Origin: Candidatus Omnitrophota bacterium | GTDB taxonomy: Bacteria; Omnitrophota; Gorgyraeia; JACQQV01 | NCBI GenBank assembly: GCA_016206785.1 | Contig: JACQQV010000021.1 | Span: 1 to 61,508 of the forward strand | Length of the DNA: 61,508 nt | Direction of reading: 5' to 3' | Shown: in pieces, positions 53,974 through 61,508 of the stretch | Layout of the letters: every line of letters begins with the position of its first letter | Position numbering within the stretch: the stretch's first letter is position 1 | Notes under the pieces: generated by a model | Told to the model about the DNA's origin: nothing | What the model saw: the letters and a program-made list of their open reading frames with translations, nothing else | Database searches by the model: none | Translations under genes and position numbers: made by a program

Positions 53974-54620
53974 TAGTGTCTATGAACTTTCTCCGTAAAA
54001 AGATGGGGAACGACAATATCCCCAAAGCAACAAGGTACAATAACAGACAACATGCCGATGACCAGAATGGACAAGAGATGCCGAGGCCACTCTGAAAGCC
54101 CAAAACCGGTAAAGTAAGTGAGTGTCGCCATCGTGGAGATAAACACATGGATGGAATGGGAAAAGAAGGTACTCCGAGCCACACGCTCGGAAATGAAAGA
54201 GCCGGTCAGGATCCCGCCAAAAAGAATAAGGGTCATCCAAAAGGGGTGAAGGACAAAATCAAGGTGAAAGACCATCGGAATTCCGAAGAGGCGTCCTCCG
54301 ACGTACGGGAAAAGAATGTCACTTAAGATACACGGAATGACCGATCCCGCTATTCCTACGCCGATCGTTTTGAAAAAATTCCGCTCATGTCGTCCAAACA
54401 TGGCGGCGGTGGTCGTGGCGCTGAAGAAGACATGAAAAGGATGAAAAAAATGAAAAAGAACCACCGAGAAATCGGAGAAGAGCACTCCTGTCTTCGCCTG
54501 AGTCATAAGGTATGAAAAAACCCCCAGGACCCCAATCCCCGCCAGGGTGCTCCCAAAACTATAAGGAAGGTGATCTCGAAGTTCCTCCCGAATGTGAGCA
54601 CCTTTCAAAATCTTTTCCAT
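53973..54620 (-). CDS. Hypothetical 6-TM membrane protein with an internal 3+3 repeat and His/Cys/Asp motifs
   Basis: I place the start at ATG 54620 (MEKILKG). Repeated motifs: HFFHPFHVFFSATTT vs HSIHVFISTMATLT, and SVIPCILSDILFP vs SVIVPCCFGDIVVP. Confidence 0.5.
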   Translation of the reverse strand: MEKILKGAHIREELRDHLPYSFGSTLAGIGVLGVFSYLMTQAKTGVLFSDFSVVLFHFFHPFHVFFSATTTAAMFGRHERNFFKTIGVGIAGSVIPCILSDILFPYVGGRLFGIPMVFHLDFVLHPFWMTLILFGGILTGSFISERVARSTFFSHSIHVFISTMATLTYFTGFGLSEWPRHLLSILVIGMLSVIVPCCFGDIVVPHLFTEKVHRH

Positions 54621-54621
54621 G

Positions 54622-54987
54622 TCAGAAACCCCGTTTCCCGATGAAAAAAAGTTGCGCCACGACTGCCCCAAGCCCATCGCATAAAAGATCAAAGGAACTG
54701 GGTTGTCTCATGGGTACAAAAAGTTGATGAATTTCATCGGTAAACCCGTAGAAGATGGCGATTCCCACCGCCCACGCTTGAAAAGATCTCCGAAAAAAAG
54801 GAGGGCTCGACTTCAAAAAGGCCCTTGCCAAAAGAAAGCCCAAAATACCGTACTCAACCGTATGCATCAACTTGTCCCAAAAACGGATGCCGAGCGCAGG
54901 AGGAAAATAAAGAGGGAAGGAGGAGAGGAGAAAAATAAGTCCTGCGTACAGGAAAACAGGAAGCCAGAAGTAAAAGAATCTTTTCAG
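54622..54987 (-). CDS. VanZ-like membrane protein; no canonical start for its first TM helix (candidate CTG start)
   Basis: LMHTVEYGILGFLLARAF...FTDEIHQLFVPMRQPSSFDLLCDGLG is the VanZ core. The open frame upstream reads (L)KRFFYFWLPVFLYAGLIFLLSSFP, with no ATG, GTG or TTG before TTG 54870. There is a CTG at 54985..54987. Confidence 0.55.
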   Translation of the reverse strand: MKRFFYFWLPVFLYAGLIFLLSSFPLYFPPALGIRFWDKLMHTVEYGILGFLLARAFLKSSPPFFRRSFQAWAVGIAIFYGFTDEIHQLFVPMRQPSSFDLLCDGLGAVVAQLFFIGKRGF

Positions 54988-55006
54988 AGTCTTGGGTCTT
55001 GGGTCT
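54986..55006 (-). repeat. Three tandem heptanucleotides (sense strand AGACCCA AGACCCA AGACTCT) between the dnaJ stop and the VanZ-like gene
   Basis: Read directly from the sequence. Related to the array at 51808..51835. Confidence 0.8.
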
Positions 55007-55015
55007 GAGATTACT

Positions 55016-56170
55016 TTATCCCCCTTTAAATGTCCGTTTTACTTTCTGAACAAAAGAGTCATTATGGGAATTAACCGCTTCACCCCTTAAACGGGCATAT
55101 TCAAGAAGAAGACGCTTTTCTTCTTCTGTCACATGGGTTGGGATAGAGACCACGACCCGAACATGCTGGTCTCCCCGGCCATATCCATCCAACGAAGGAA
55201 TGCCTCTCCCTTTCAGTCGAAATATCTTCCCGCTCGGCGTGCCGGGAGGGATCTTCATCCTGACCTTTCCGTCTAAGGTCGGAACTTCCGCTTCGGTACC
55301 GAGGGTGGCTTGAACAAATCCGACCGGCAGTTCACACAAAAGATGATCGCCGTGTCGCTCAAAGACCTTATCCGGTTGAACGGCAATGGAGACATAGAGG
55401 TCTCCCCGACGGCCAGAACGAGTCCCCGCTCCTCCTTCTCCTGAAATCCGCAAACGCGATCCGGTATCCACCCCCGGCGGAATTTTGACCCGAATTTTCC
55501 GATCGACCTCCACCCTTCCTTCGCCACGACAGGCCGTGCAGGGATCGGTAATCAAACTCCCCTCTCCGCGACACTGCGGGCAGGTCTGGGCGATGCTGAA
55601 AAATCCGGCTTGCGAAACCACCTGTCCACGCCCCTGACACCGAGGACAATTTTTCCGCTTGGTTCCGGCCTTCGTACCCTCTCCTGAGCAGCTGTTACAC
55701 GTTTCTAAACGAGGAACGTGGATGGTCTTTTCAACGCCGCTTGCCGCTTCTCGGAGAGTAATTTCCAATTCATATCCTAAATTCCGACCGGCGCTGGGAC
55801 CGGACCGGCGCTGACTCCGACTGCCAAAAAGCCCCATGCCTTCAAAAAGGTCTTCAAAGAGGGAGCCGCCGAATCCAAGATCCTCAAAAATGCTTGAAAA
55901 ATCGGCGCCCCGGAAGATATCCTCGGTCGTGTAGCGCTGGTCGAATCCGGCATGACCGACCTGGTCATAAACGGAACGCTTCTGTGGGTCCGAAAGGACG
56001 GCATACGCTTCGGAGATCTCCTTGAATTTTTCCTCCGCTTCCTTTTTATTCCCCTGATTCCGGTCGGGATGGTGCTTAAGCGCCAACTGCCGATACGCCT
56101 TCTTAATCTCCTCGGCGCTCGCACTCTTACCGACCCCCAAAATCTCGTAATAATCCCTTTTCGTCGTCAT
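55016..56170 (-). CDS. dnaJ: Chaperone DnaJ
   Basis: J domain [33 protein letters not shown], a G/F region, and four CxxCxGxG repeats. Confidence 0.95.
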   Translation of the reverse strand: MTTKRDYYEILGVGKSASAEEIKKAYRQLALKHHPDRNQGNKKEAEEKFKEISEAYAVLSDPQKRSVYDQVGHAGFDQRYTTEDIFRGADFSSIFEDLGFGGSLFEDLFEGMGLFGSRSQRRSGPSAGRNLGYELEITLREAASGVEKTIHVPRLETCNSCSGEGTKAGTKRKNCPRCQGRGQVVSQAGFFSIAQTCPQCRGEGSLITDPCTACRGEGRVEVDRKIRVKIPPGVDTGSRLRISGEGGAGTRSGRRGDLYVSIAVQPDKVFERHGDHLLCELPVGFVQATLGTEAEVPTLDGKVRMKIPPGTPSGKIFRLKGRGIPSLDGYGRGDQHVRVVVSIPTHVTEEEKRLLLEYARLRGEAVNSHNDSFVQKVKRTFKGG

Positions 56171-56224
56171 TATTCCGTTGAGTGGCTCCGTTTAAAGATT
56201 AGATTACAAAGGGCAATGAAAGTT

Positions 56225-57154
56225 TCATGGAGGGGTCTCCGCAACTCTCCTTTTTTCAAACAAAGACATAAGAGCAACGCCTGCGATACCAGGAACAATA
56301 ATAAACACGAGCCGAAAGGTCAAAGAGACCAGCAGGGCCACTTCTGCCGGGATGCCTACCCGAAGAAAAAGATAGACGATGACTGCCTCGTGGGAGCCAA
56401 CGCCCACGAAGGTCAACGGAAAGAGTCCCGCCAGCGAGATAAGAGGGGCCATCGCTAAAACGTAAGAAAAAGAAATTCCAGACTGAAAAGAAAGACAGAT
56501 GAGGAAAAACAGAAAATAGGTGCCCAGCCACGAGAGGAGCGAAAGGAACGTCACCATCATCTTCCGTTTGAAAGAAAGGGTAAACCCTTCCAGCAGGCGC
56601 GCTGCATCCAGTTTTCGTTTGACAAACCGACCACTCCAATGACTCATCTTCTCCCAGGGAAAGAGATCCGGGACAACCAAAAATAGGGCCAAGAGGGAAA
56701 AAAGCGCCAAGGACAAGGTGCCGTATCCGAAAAAGGAAAGAGGAAGGGCGCAAATCGCCCCAAGGAGAAAAAGCGCCAAAAGTCCGTAGAGTTTGTCTAC
56801 AACGGTCGAAGAAACCATTTCCTCACGGTAACCAAACGCCTTTGTTCCGAAGTAGGACCGCCCGATTTCGCCGAGGCTTCCTGGCGTCACAAAGCCGAGG
56901 GCCACCCCTGTCAACGTTAAAAAAAAGAGGTCGAGGAGAGGAAAATACCTTTCCTTTCGATTGATGATCCAGGCCCATCGATAGGCACGCAACCATAGAA
57001 TAAACGGCAACAACCCCAGGGCCATGAGAAGAGGAGGAGGACTACATTTCGAAAGGACCATCTTGAGTCGCTCGAGACGCACGAAAAAAATGAGAAAGAA
57101 AATAAGCGCACCCGAAACAGCCAGTTGGATCGTCAAACCGATTTTTTTATTCAC
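56225..57154 (-). CDS. Flippase-like membrane protein (LPG_synthase_TM / UPF0104 family) inserted between dnaK and dnaJ
   Basis: 309 aa with about 8 TM helices. KIGLTIQLAVSGALIFFLIFF...LLPFILWLRAYRWAWIIN follows the family pattern. GTG start. Confidence 0.6.
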   Translation of the reverse strand: MNKKIGLTIQLAVSGALIFFLIFFVRLERLKMVLSKCSPPPLLMALGLLPFILWLRAYRWAWIINRKERYFPLLDLFFLTLTGVALGFVTPGSLGEIGRSYFGTKAFGYREEMVSSTVVDKLYGLLALFLLGAICALPLSFFGYGTLSLALFSLLALFLVVPDLFPWEKMSHWSGRFVKRKLDAARLLEGFTLSFKRKMMVTFLSLLSWLGTYFLFFLICLSFQSGISFSYVLAMAPLISLAGLFPLTFVGVGSHEAVIVYLFLRVGIPAEVALLVSLTFRLVFIIVPGIAGVALMSLFEKRRVAETPP

Positions 57155-57223
57155 GCCTTACCGACCCTTTCATCCCCACCTGATGCCTTCTCGCAATTCC
57201 GGTGACACAATACTTAACTTCGA

Positions 57224-57246
57224 GGTTATCGCAATTTGCGATAACC
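57224..57246. repeat. Perfect 23-nt palindrome GGTTATCGCAA-T-TTGCGATAACC
   Basis: Read directly from the sequence. It shares the core TCGCAATTTGCGA with a second palindrome 47 nt away. Confidence 0.85.
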
Positions 57247-57270
57247 TTTTTCATCGGTTCACGATACCGA

Positions 57271-57292
57271 GGTGGTCGCAATTTGCGACCAC
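57271..57292. repeat. Second palindrome (G)GTGGTCGCAA-T-TTGCGACCAC with compensatory arm changes relative to the first
   Basis: Read directly from the sequence. The arm differences TA->GG and TA->CC preserve complementarity. Confidence 0.85.
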
Positions 57293-57312
57293 TTCTAAAC
57301 GCTGCTTATTCG

Positions 57313-57463
57313 ATGAAGCCCGAGCCTCTTGCCTTAAGCAGCCCTCTGTGGCCCGAAGCGGGCATGGTGTCCGCCGAAGGCGGACGAGCGAAGGGACACA
57401 GCGGAGCGAACCAGCCACGCTGGGGCTGGTGAGCGTGCTGCGAAGGCAAAGGTGAGGGCTTCA
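57313..57463 (-). other. 151-nt GC-rich, highly self-complementary element abutting the dnaK stop codon (structured RNA or REP/MITE-like element; unclassified)
   Basis: The ends pair (TGAAGCCC...CCTTTGCCTT with AAGGCAAGAGG...GGGCTTCA). Internal hairpins include GTCCGCCTTCGGCGGAC and GCCCGCTTCGGGC. TTCG occurs five times on the sense strand. Confidence 0.4.
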
Positions 57464-59332
57464 TTATTTCCCCTCGTCCTCCACCTTATACTCCGCGTCG
57501 ACGACGTCGTCCTTCTTCCCCTTCTCACCGGCACCTTCAGACGGTCCCGAGGGCTTCGCCTGTGCCTCGGACTGCTTTTTCGCCGCGTCGCGGTAGAGGA
57601 TCTCTGCAATCCCATGGGAGGCCTGAGTCAGTTCCTCCGACGCTTTTTTGATTCTCTCCGAGTCGTTCCCCTTGAGCGCTTCCTTGAGGTCATCCAGTTT
57701 CTTTTGAACCTTTTCTTTTTCCTCCGCCGGAACCTTATCCCCGAGGTCTTTCAGGGTCTTCTCGGTCATATACGCAAGGGTATCGGCCTGGTTCCGGGTT
57801 TCCACCTCTCCCTTCCGTTTCTTGTCGAGGTCGGCGAATTTCTCCGCATCCTTCACCATCTTCTCGATCTCTTCCTTCGCGAGTTTCTTCGGTGCAGTAA
57901 TACGGATCGTCTGTTCCTTCCCGGTCCCGAGGTCTTTCGCCCCCACATGGACGATCCCGTTTGCATCGATGTCGAAGGTGACCTCGATTTGCGGAACTCC
58001 GCGGGGAGCGGGAGGAATCCCCACCAGGTCAAACCGCCCGAGTTCCACATTGCCATCAGCCATTTCCCGCTCTCCTTGAAGGACCCGAACGGTTACTGCC
58101 GTTTGACTGTCTGCCGCTGTCGAGAAAATTTGACTTTTCTTCGTCGGAATCGTGGTATTCCTCTCGATAAGGCGGGTCATGACTCCGCCGAGTGTCTCGA
58201 TCCCGAGAGAAAGGGGTGTGACATCGAGAAGGAGAACTTCCTTAATATCTCCTTTGATGATCGCCCCCTGAATCGCCGCCCCGAGGGCCACGCATTCCAT
58301 TGGATCCACGCCCCGCTCGATCTTTTTGCCAACGTAATCTTCCACAAAGTTCTGAACAATCGGCATCCGGGTCGGCCCCCCGACCATGATGATCTTATGG
58401 ATGTCCTGTGGAGAAAGATGCGCATCGGAGAGTGCCTGTTCCAAGGGACCACGGCATCGGTCGATGATCGGCCTCACGAGTTCTTCAAGTTTCGCCCGGG
58501 TAATGTTCATCGTGAGATGCTTGGGACCTTGCTGATCCGCCGTGATGAATGGAAGATTAATGTCCGTGGTGAGCGTACTTGAAAGCTCAATCTTCGCCTT
58601 CTCCGCCGCTTCTCGGATCCGTTGGGTGGCCATCGGATCCTTGCGAACGTCGATGCCGCTATCTCTCTTAAACGTTTCGGCGATGTAGTCGATGAGTGTT
58701 CGGTCCATATCGGTGCCACCGAGTTGGGTGTCCCCACTGGTCGCCTTCACCTCAAATCCTCCCTCGGCCCACATTTCAAGGATTGTGACATCGAGCGTCC
58801 CGCCGCCTAAGTCAAAGACCATGATTTTCTGTTCTTTACCCGCTTTTTCAAGACCGTAGGCGAGGCAAGCGGCTGTCGGCTCATTGATGATCCGAAGGAC
58901 TTTGAGCCCTGCAATCTCCCCCGCGTCTTTCGTTGCGGTCCGCTGATTGTCATCGAAGTAGGCAGGACAGGTGATCACCACCTCTTCCACTTTGTCACCG
59001 AGATACGCCTCCGTATCTGCCTTTATCTTCTGTAGGATGAATGCGGAAATCTGCTGCGGGGTGTACTCTTTGCCATGCACCTTAAAGCGGTGATCGGTTC
59101 CCATTTTCCGTTTTGCCGCCATAACGGTTCCTTCGGGGTTCACACTCGCCTGCCGGCGCGCCGGCTCCCCAACGAGGCGCTGACCCTCTTTGGTAAAGGC
59201 AACATAGGAAGGAAAGGCTTTCCCTCCCAAGGTAGACCCTTCTGCGCTCGGGATAATGACGGGCCGATCACGCTCCATCACCGCTGCTGCAGAGTTAGAT
59301 GTTCCTAAATCGATTCCGATAACCTTTGCCAT
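57464..59332 (-). CDS. dnaK: Chaperone DnaK (Hsp70)
   Basis: [18 protein letters not shown]..., [10 protein letters not shown], and other Hsp70 signatures. AAGGAGG lies upstream of the ATG. Confidence 0.97.
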   Translation of the reverse strand: MAKVIGIDLGTSNSAAAVMERDRPVIIPSAEGSTLGGKAFPSYVAFTKEGQRLVGEPARRQASVNPEGTVMAAKRKMGTDHRFKVHGKEYTPQQISAFILQKIKADTEAYLGDKVEEVVITCPAYFDDNQRTATKDAGEIAGLKVLRIINEPTAACLAYGLEKAGKEQKIMVFDLGGGTLDVTILEMWAEGGFEVKATSGDTQLGGTDMDRTLIDYIAETFKRDSGIDVRKDPMATQRIREAAEKAKIELSSTLTTDINLPFITADQQGPKHLTMNITRAKLEELVRPIIDRCRGPLEQALSDAHLSPQDIHKIIMVGGPTRMPIVQNFVEDYVGKKIERGVDPMECVALGAAIQGAIIKGDIKEVLLLDVTPLSLGIETLGGVMTRLIERNTTIPTKKSQIFSTAADSQTAVTVRVLQGEREMADGNVELGRFDLVGIPPAPRGVPQIEVTFDIDANGIVHVGAKDLGTGKEQTIRITAPKKLAKEEIEKMVKDAEKFADLDKKRKGEVETRNQADTLAYMTEKTLKDLGDKVPAEEKEKVQKKLDDLKEALKGNDSERIKKASEELTQASHGIAEILYRDAAKKQSEAQAKPSGPSEGAGEKGKKDDVVDAEYKVEDEGK

Positions 59333-59357
59333 TTCAAACCTCCTTTAAAATAAAATG

Positions 59358-59930
59358 CTATGTCTCTTGTGTCTTTCTTTTTGCAACCTTCACAGAGGCT
59401 GGTCTTAAGAGTTTCCCATTCAAAAGATACCCCGGACGGATTTCCTCAATCACCATCCCTTCTAGAGAGTCGTCTGCTTCAACACTTTCAAGGGCTTCAT
59501 GTTGCTCAGGATTAAAAGGAAGTCCTACCGTTTCAATCCTTGAAAGACCGTTTCTCGAAAGAAGATTCCACATCTCATTCTGAATCATCTGGATGCCCTG
59601 AAGCATTGCTCCATGGTTTGCCCCTTCTCCCGGCATCGCCTGAAGATTGGTAAGGGCGATCCTAAAATGGTCGTAAACGGGCAAAAGTTCCAAGACCATC
59701 TCCCCATGCGCGAATCGGATATATTCTTCTTTCTCTTTCAGGTAACGCTTACGAGTATTTTCAAATTCTGCTTGAAGACGGAGAAGCTGATCGAAAAGCG
59801 CATCCGCGCGCTTCGCCTTATCCTGAAGAGAATGGTACTCTTCCTCGTCGACTTTGATTCTCCGCTTTCCTTTTTGTTGCTTGTCGCTTGTTGCTTGTTG
59901 CTCTGCGTCTTGTTTTTCTTCTTGTCCCAT
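59358..59930 (-). CDS. grpE: Nucleotide exchange factor GrpE
   Basis: LLRLQAEFENTRKRYLKEKEE.... I place the start at ATG 59930 (MGQEEKQ), 2 nt after the hrcA stop. The longer ORF-track start would overlap hrcA by about 150 nt. Confidence 0.9.
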   Translation of the reverse strand: MGQEEKQDAEQQATSDKQQKGKRRIKVDEEEYHSLQDKAKRADALFDQLLRLQAEFENTRKRYLKEKEEYIRFAHGEMVLELLPVYDHFRIALTNLQAMPGEGANHGAMLQGIQMIQNEMWNLLSRNGLSRIETVGLPFNPEQHEALESVEADDSLEGMVIEEIRPGYLLNGKLLRPASVKVAKRKTQET

Positions 59931-59932
59931 GA

Positions 59933-60967
59933 TCAAAACGTCTCCGTCCACTCCGTGATTTTGGAAGCGATATGACGCACGATCGACATCACACGACCAT
60001 AGTTCAACCGCGTCGGGCCCATCACCCCCAAGGTACCCTGACTTTCCCCGACACGATAACTCGACGTCACAAGACTGCATCCCTGGATGCCTTCGTCCCC
60101 TATCTCCTCACCGATATGAACGTGGACTCCTTCCGAGGCAGAGTCCCGTCTTAAAATTTCAAGGAGTCTTTTTTTCTCCTCAAGAACAGACAGGATCGAT
60201 TGAATTCTTTCAAAGCTTCGGAATTCCGGTTTTTCCAGGATCGTATGGGTTCCTTCTAGGTAAAGTCTTTCTTCTCCTTCCAATAAGCCGCTGATTTCCA
60301 TGATTTCTTTCGCCCGTTTGCAAATATAGAAAAAAGAACTCCGCTCATCCAAAAGACGATGGTAAAGGGTGTCATAGGCATCGGAGAGCGTTAAATTCGA
60401 CAATTCTGCATTCATAAAATGGGAAATCCGCAGAAGTTCCTCCTTCCCGGTCTCCTCCTCCACCTGGACGAGTGCATTCTTGATGAAGCCGGCACTCGTC
60501 ACCAACACCACCAAGACCTCATGCTCTTTAACGGGGATCAGTTCAATCCGTTTCAAGAGGCTCAATTCGGTTTGAGGAAAAAGGACCACTGCCACCTGAT
60601 CTGTGATCTCGTAAAGGAGCCGGGCCGTTTTCTCCATCACTTTCTCAATCATCGCCGACTGTTGAAACGCCTCCTCAATCCACTGTTGTTCTTTTTCGGT
60701 CAACCGTTCCGTGGCGATGAGATGATCGACGTAAAAACGGTATCCTTTGGGGGTCGGGATCCTTCCGGCAGAGGTGTGGGGATGTGTGATATATCCCTCC
60801 TCTTCAAGTCTCGCCATGATGTTCCGAATGGTGGCTGTACTTAAGCCCAGCCTAGAGATCTCCGACACCACCCTGGAGCCGACTGGAAGGGCGGTCTGAA
60901 TGAAGGATTCAATCACCGCAAGGAGAATCCTGTTTCTTCTTATTTCGTAGTCAGTTAAATTAACCAT
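59933..60967 (-). CDS. hrcA: Heat-inducible transcription repressor HrcA
   Basis: RNRILLAVIESFIQTALPVGSRVVSEISRLGLSTATIRNIMARLEEEGYITHPHTSAGRIPTPKGYRFYVDHL. CIRCE lies upstream. Confidence 0.92.
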   Translation of the reverse strand: MVNLTDYEIRRNRILLAVIESFIQTALPVGSRVVSEISRLGLSTATIRNIMARLEEEGYITHPHTSAGRIPTPKGYRFYVDHLIATERLTEKEQQWIEEAFQQSAMIEKVMEKTARLLYEITDQVAVVLFPQTELSLLKRIELIPVKEHEVLVVLVTSAGFIKNALVQVEEETGKEELLRISHFMNAELSNLTLSDAYDTLYHRLLDERSSFFYICKRAKEIMEISGLLEGEERLYLEGTHTILEKPEFRSFERIQSILSVLEEKKRLLEILRRDSASEGVHVHIGEEIGDEGIQGCSLVTSSYRVGESQGTLGVMGPTRLNYGRVMSIVRHIASKITEWTETF

Positions 60968-60977
60968 CTTTTAAAAT

Positions 60978-61004
60978 TTAGCACTCTATGAGTTAGAGTG
61001 CTAA
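60978..61004. promoter_or_regulatory. CIRCE operator (HrcA binding site), perfect consensus TTAGCACTC-N9-GAGTGCTAA
   Basis: TTAGCACTCtatgagttaGAGTGCTAA read directly from the sequence, 11 nt upstream of the hrcA ATG. Confidence 0.9.
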
Positions 61005-61009
61005 TACTA

Positions 61010-61039
61010 AGTCTATGCAAAGAAGGGGGAATTTGTCAA
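61010..61039 (-). promoter_or_regulatory. Sigma70-type promoter of the hrcA-grpE-dnaK operon (TTGACA-18 nt-TAGACT)
   Basis: The minus strand reads TTGACAaattcccccttctttgcaTAGACT, immediately followed by CIRCE. This is the classical arrangement. Confidence 0.6.
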
Positions 61040-61057
61040 GGAGAAAATAGAAAGCGA

Positions 61058-61508
61058 TTAAGTTCGAAGGGAGTAGGTGACCCCTCTCAGCATTGCGACC
61101 ACCTTGGTGGGAAGTTCTGCTTCAAGATAGACACCTTCTTGCCTATCTTCTCTTTTTGTTACAACTCCTTGTGAATAAATAAGTTCTATATATCCCATCT
61201 TATTGTGGGGAAGGAGGACTCCGATTCTTGTCAGGAGATTCTGAAGGGTTCCGGTAAGTTGGTCTAGCAGTTTGTCTATCCCTTCGCCGGTCTTGACAGA
61301 AAGGAGCATTGCGCTTTGAAACTCCTTCTGAAGCCGGGCTTTCCCCCTTTCGCTCACAGAAGAGAGGAGATCGACCTTATTAAGACAGGAGATGACCGGT
61401 TTTCTCTCGATCTTTAAATCCTTTAAAACCTGGCAGACCGCGTCGTTCTGTTCCCTGACCCTTGGGTGACTCACATCCAACAGGTGAAGGAGAAGATCCG
61501 CTTCAGTC
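61058..61508 (-). CDS. hflX: GTPase HflX, C-terminal part (N-terminus outside the window)
   Basis: The frame stays open to the window edge: TEADLLLHLLDVSHPRVREQNDAVCQVLKDLKIERKPVISCLNKVDLL (G3-G4 region, NKxD), plus a C-terminal domain. Confidence 0.75.
   Translation of the reverse strand, partial: TEADLLLHLLDVSHPRVREQNDAVCQVLKDLKIERKPVISCLNKVDLLSSVSERGKARLQKEFQSAMLLSVKTGEGIDKLLDQLTGTLQNLLTRIGVLLPHNKMGYIELIYSQGVVTKREDRQEGVYLEAELPTKVVAMLRGVTYSLRT

Noticed and set aside
57224-57251. Hairpin followed by TTTTT on the plus strand, resembling an intrinsic terminator
   Set aside because: The T-tract follows the hairpin only on the plus strand, where nothing credible is transcribed. On the operon (minus) strand the hairpin is preceded by A5, not followed by U5.
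57147-57254. 35-codon minus-strand ORF (MKKVIANCDNLEVKYCVTGIARRHQVGMKGSVRRE) covering the first palindrome
   Set aside because: It has no SD and the peptide has no recognisable features. The palindrome itself explains the sequence constraint. I keep it only as a remote possibility.
57224-57292. Possible CRISPR-like or repeat array
   Set aside because: There are only two copies. The repeats are palindromes of 21-23 nt separated by 24 nt of unrelated sequence, and no cas genes are present. This is not a CRISPR array.
57306-57464. 52-codon minus-strand ORF ([34 protein letters not shown]...) starting in a TAATG overlap with the dnaK stop
   Set aside because: It coincides exactly with the GC-rich nested-hairpin element. 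The Pro/Arg/Ala-rich peptide looks like a by-product of the palindromic GC-rich sequence rather than a protein.
57452-58582. 376-aa plus-strand ORF antisense to dnaK
   Set aside because: It lies entirely inside the unambiguous dnaK coding region. Its translation is low-complexity (L/R/F/P-rich) with no recognisable motif. Long antisense ORFs in hsp70 genes are a known codon-usage artefact.
1-61508. Search for defence systems, prophage or mobile elements, tRNA/rRNA and CRISPR
   Set aside because: No integrase, transposase, recombinase, restriction/modification, Cas, toxin-antitoxin or phage structural signatures were recognised in any long ORF. I saw no tRNA-like or rRNA-like sequence in the intergenic regions. 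The window looks like core and accessory envelope biosynthesis plus housekeeping genes.

Overview
This 61.5-kb window comes from a diderm, LPS-making bacterium. I did not assign taxonomy. It holds about 60 protein genes, all but one on the minus strand. Many are joined by 1-4 nt start/stop overlaps (ATGA, GTGA, TAATG).

Coordinates 1 to about 44300 form one very large envelope-glycan locus. It contains:
- Kdo activation and transfer genes (kdsC, kdsB, waaA).
- A CDP-3,6-dideoxyhexose module: rfbF, rfbG, an epimerase, and a fused reductase::E1 dehydrase.
- A NeuB/NeuA-type ulosonic acid module with its own phosphatase.
- An Arn-like lipid-carrier sugar module whose aminotransferase slot holds a His-type (ColD-like) dehydratase.
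- Two polyprenyl-phosphate GT2 enzymes and three GT-C membrane transferases.
- Two GT2::methyltransferase fusions.
- A B12-binding radical SAM enzyme with two further methyltransferases.
- ugd, and a carbamoyltransferase cassette with an SGNH hydrolase.
- Export genes: a MurJ-family flippase, a short PCP, a 1009-aa OPX and a Wzi-like outer membrane protein.

The remainder is largely housekeeping: lptD, transaldolase, a ROK kinase, two tandem GGDEF cyclases, an orphan MalK-like ATPase, accD, a DUF1015 protein, two small membrane proteins, and the start of the neighbouring hflX. The heat-shock operon hrcA-grpE-dnaK-(membrane gene)-dnaJ has a perfect CIRCE operator.

I saw no rRNA, tRNA, CRISPR array, transposase, integrase or recognisable defence gene.

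The most novel-looking items are:
- The two His-for-Lys DegT-family dehydratases and their pathway contexts.
- The radical SAM methylation cassette.
- A Cys-pair repeat domain on the giant export protein.
- An unannotated 58-codon ORF next to the carbamoyltransferase.
- Heptanucleotide tandem arrays at two gene junctions.
- A highly structured 309-bp spacer inside the dnaK operon.

All family assignments come from motif recognition by eye, not from database searches.
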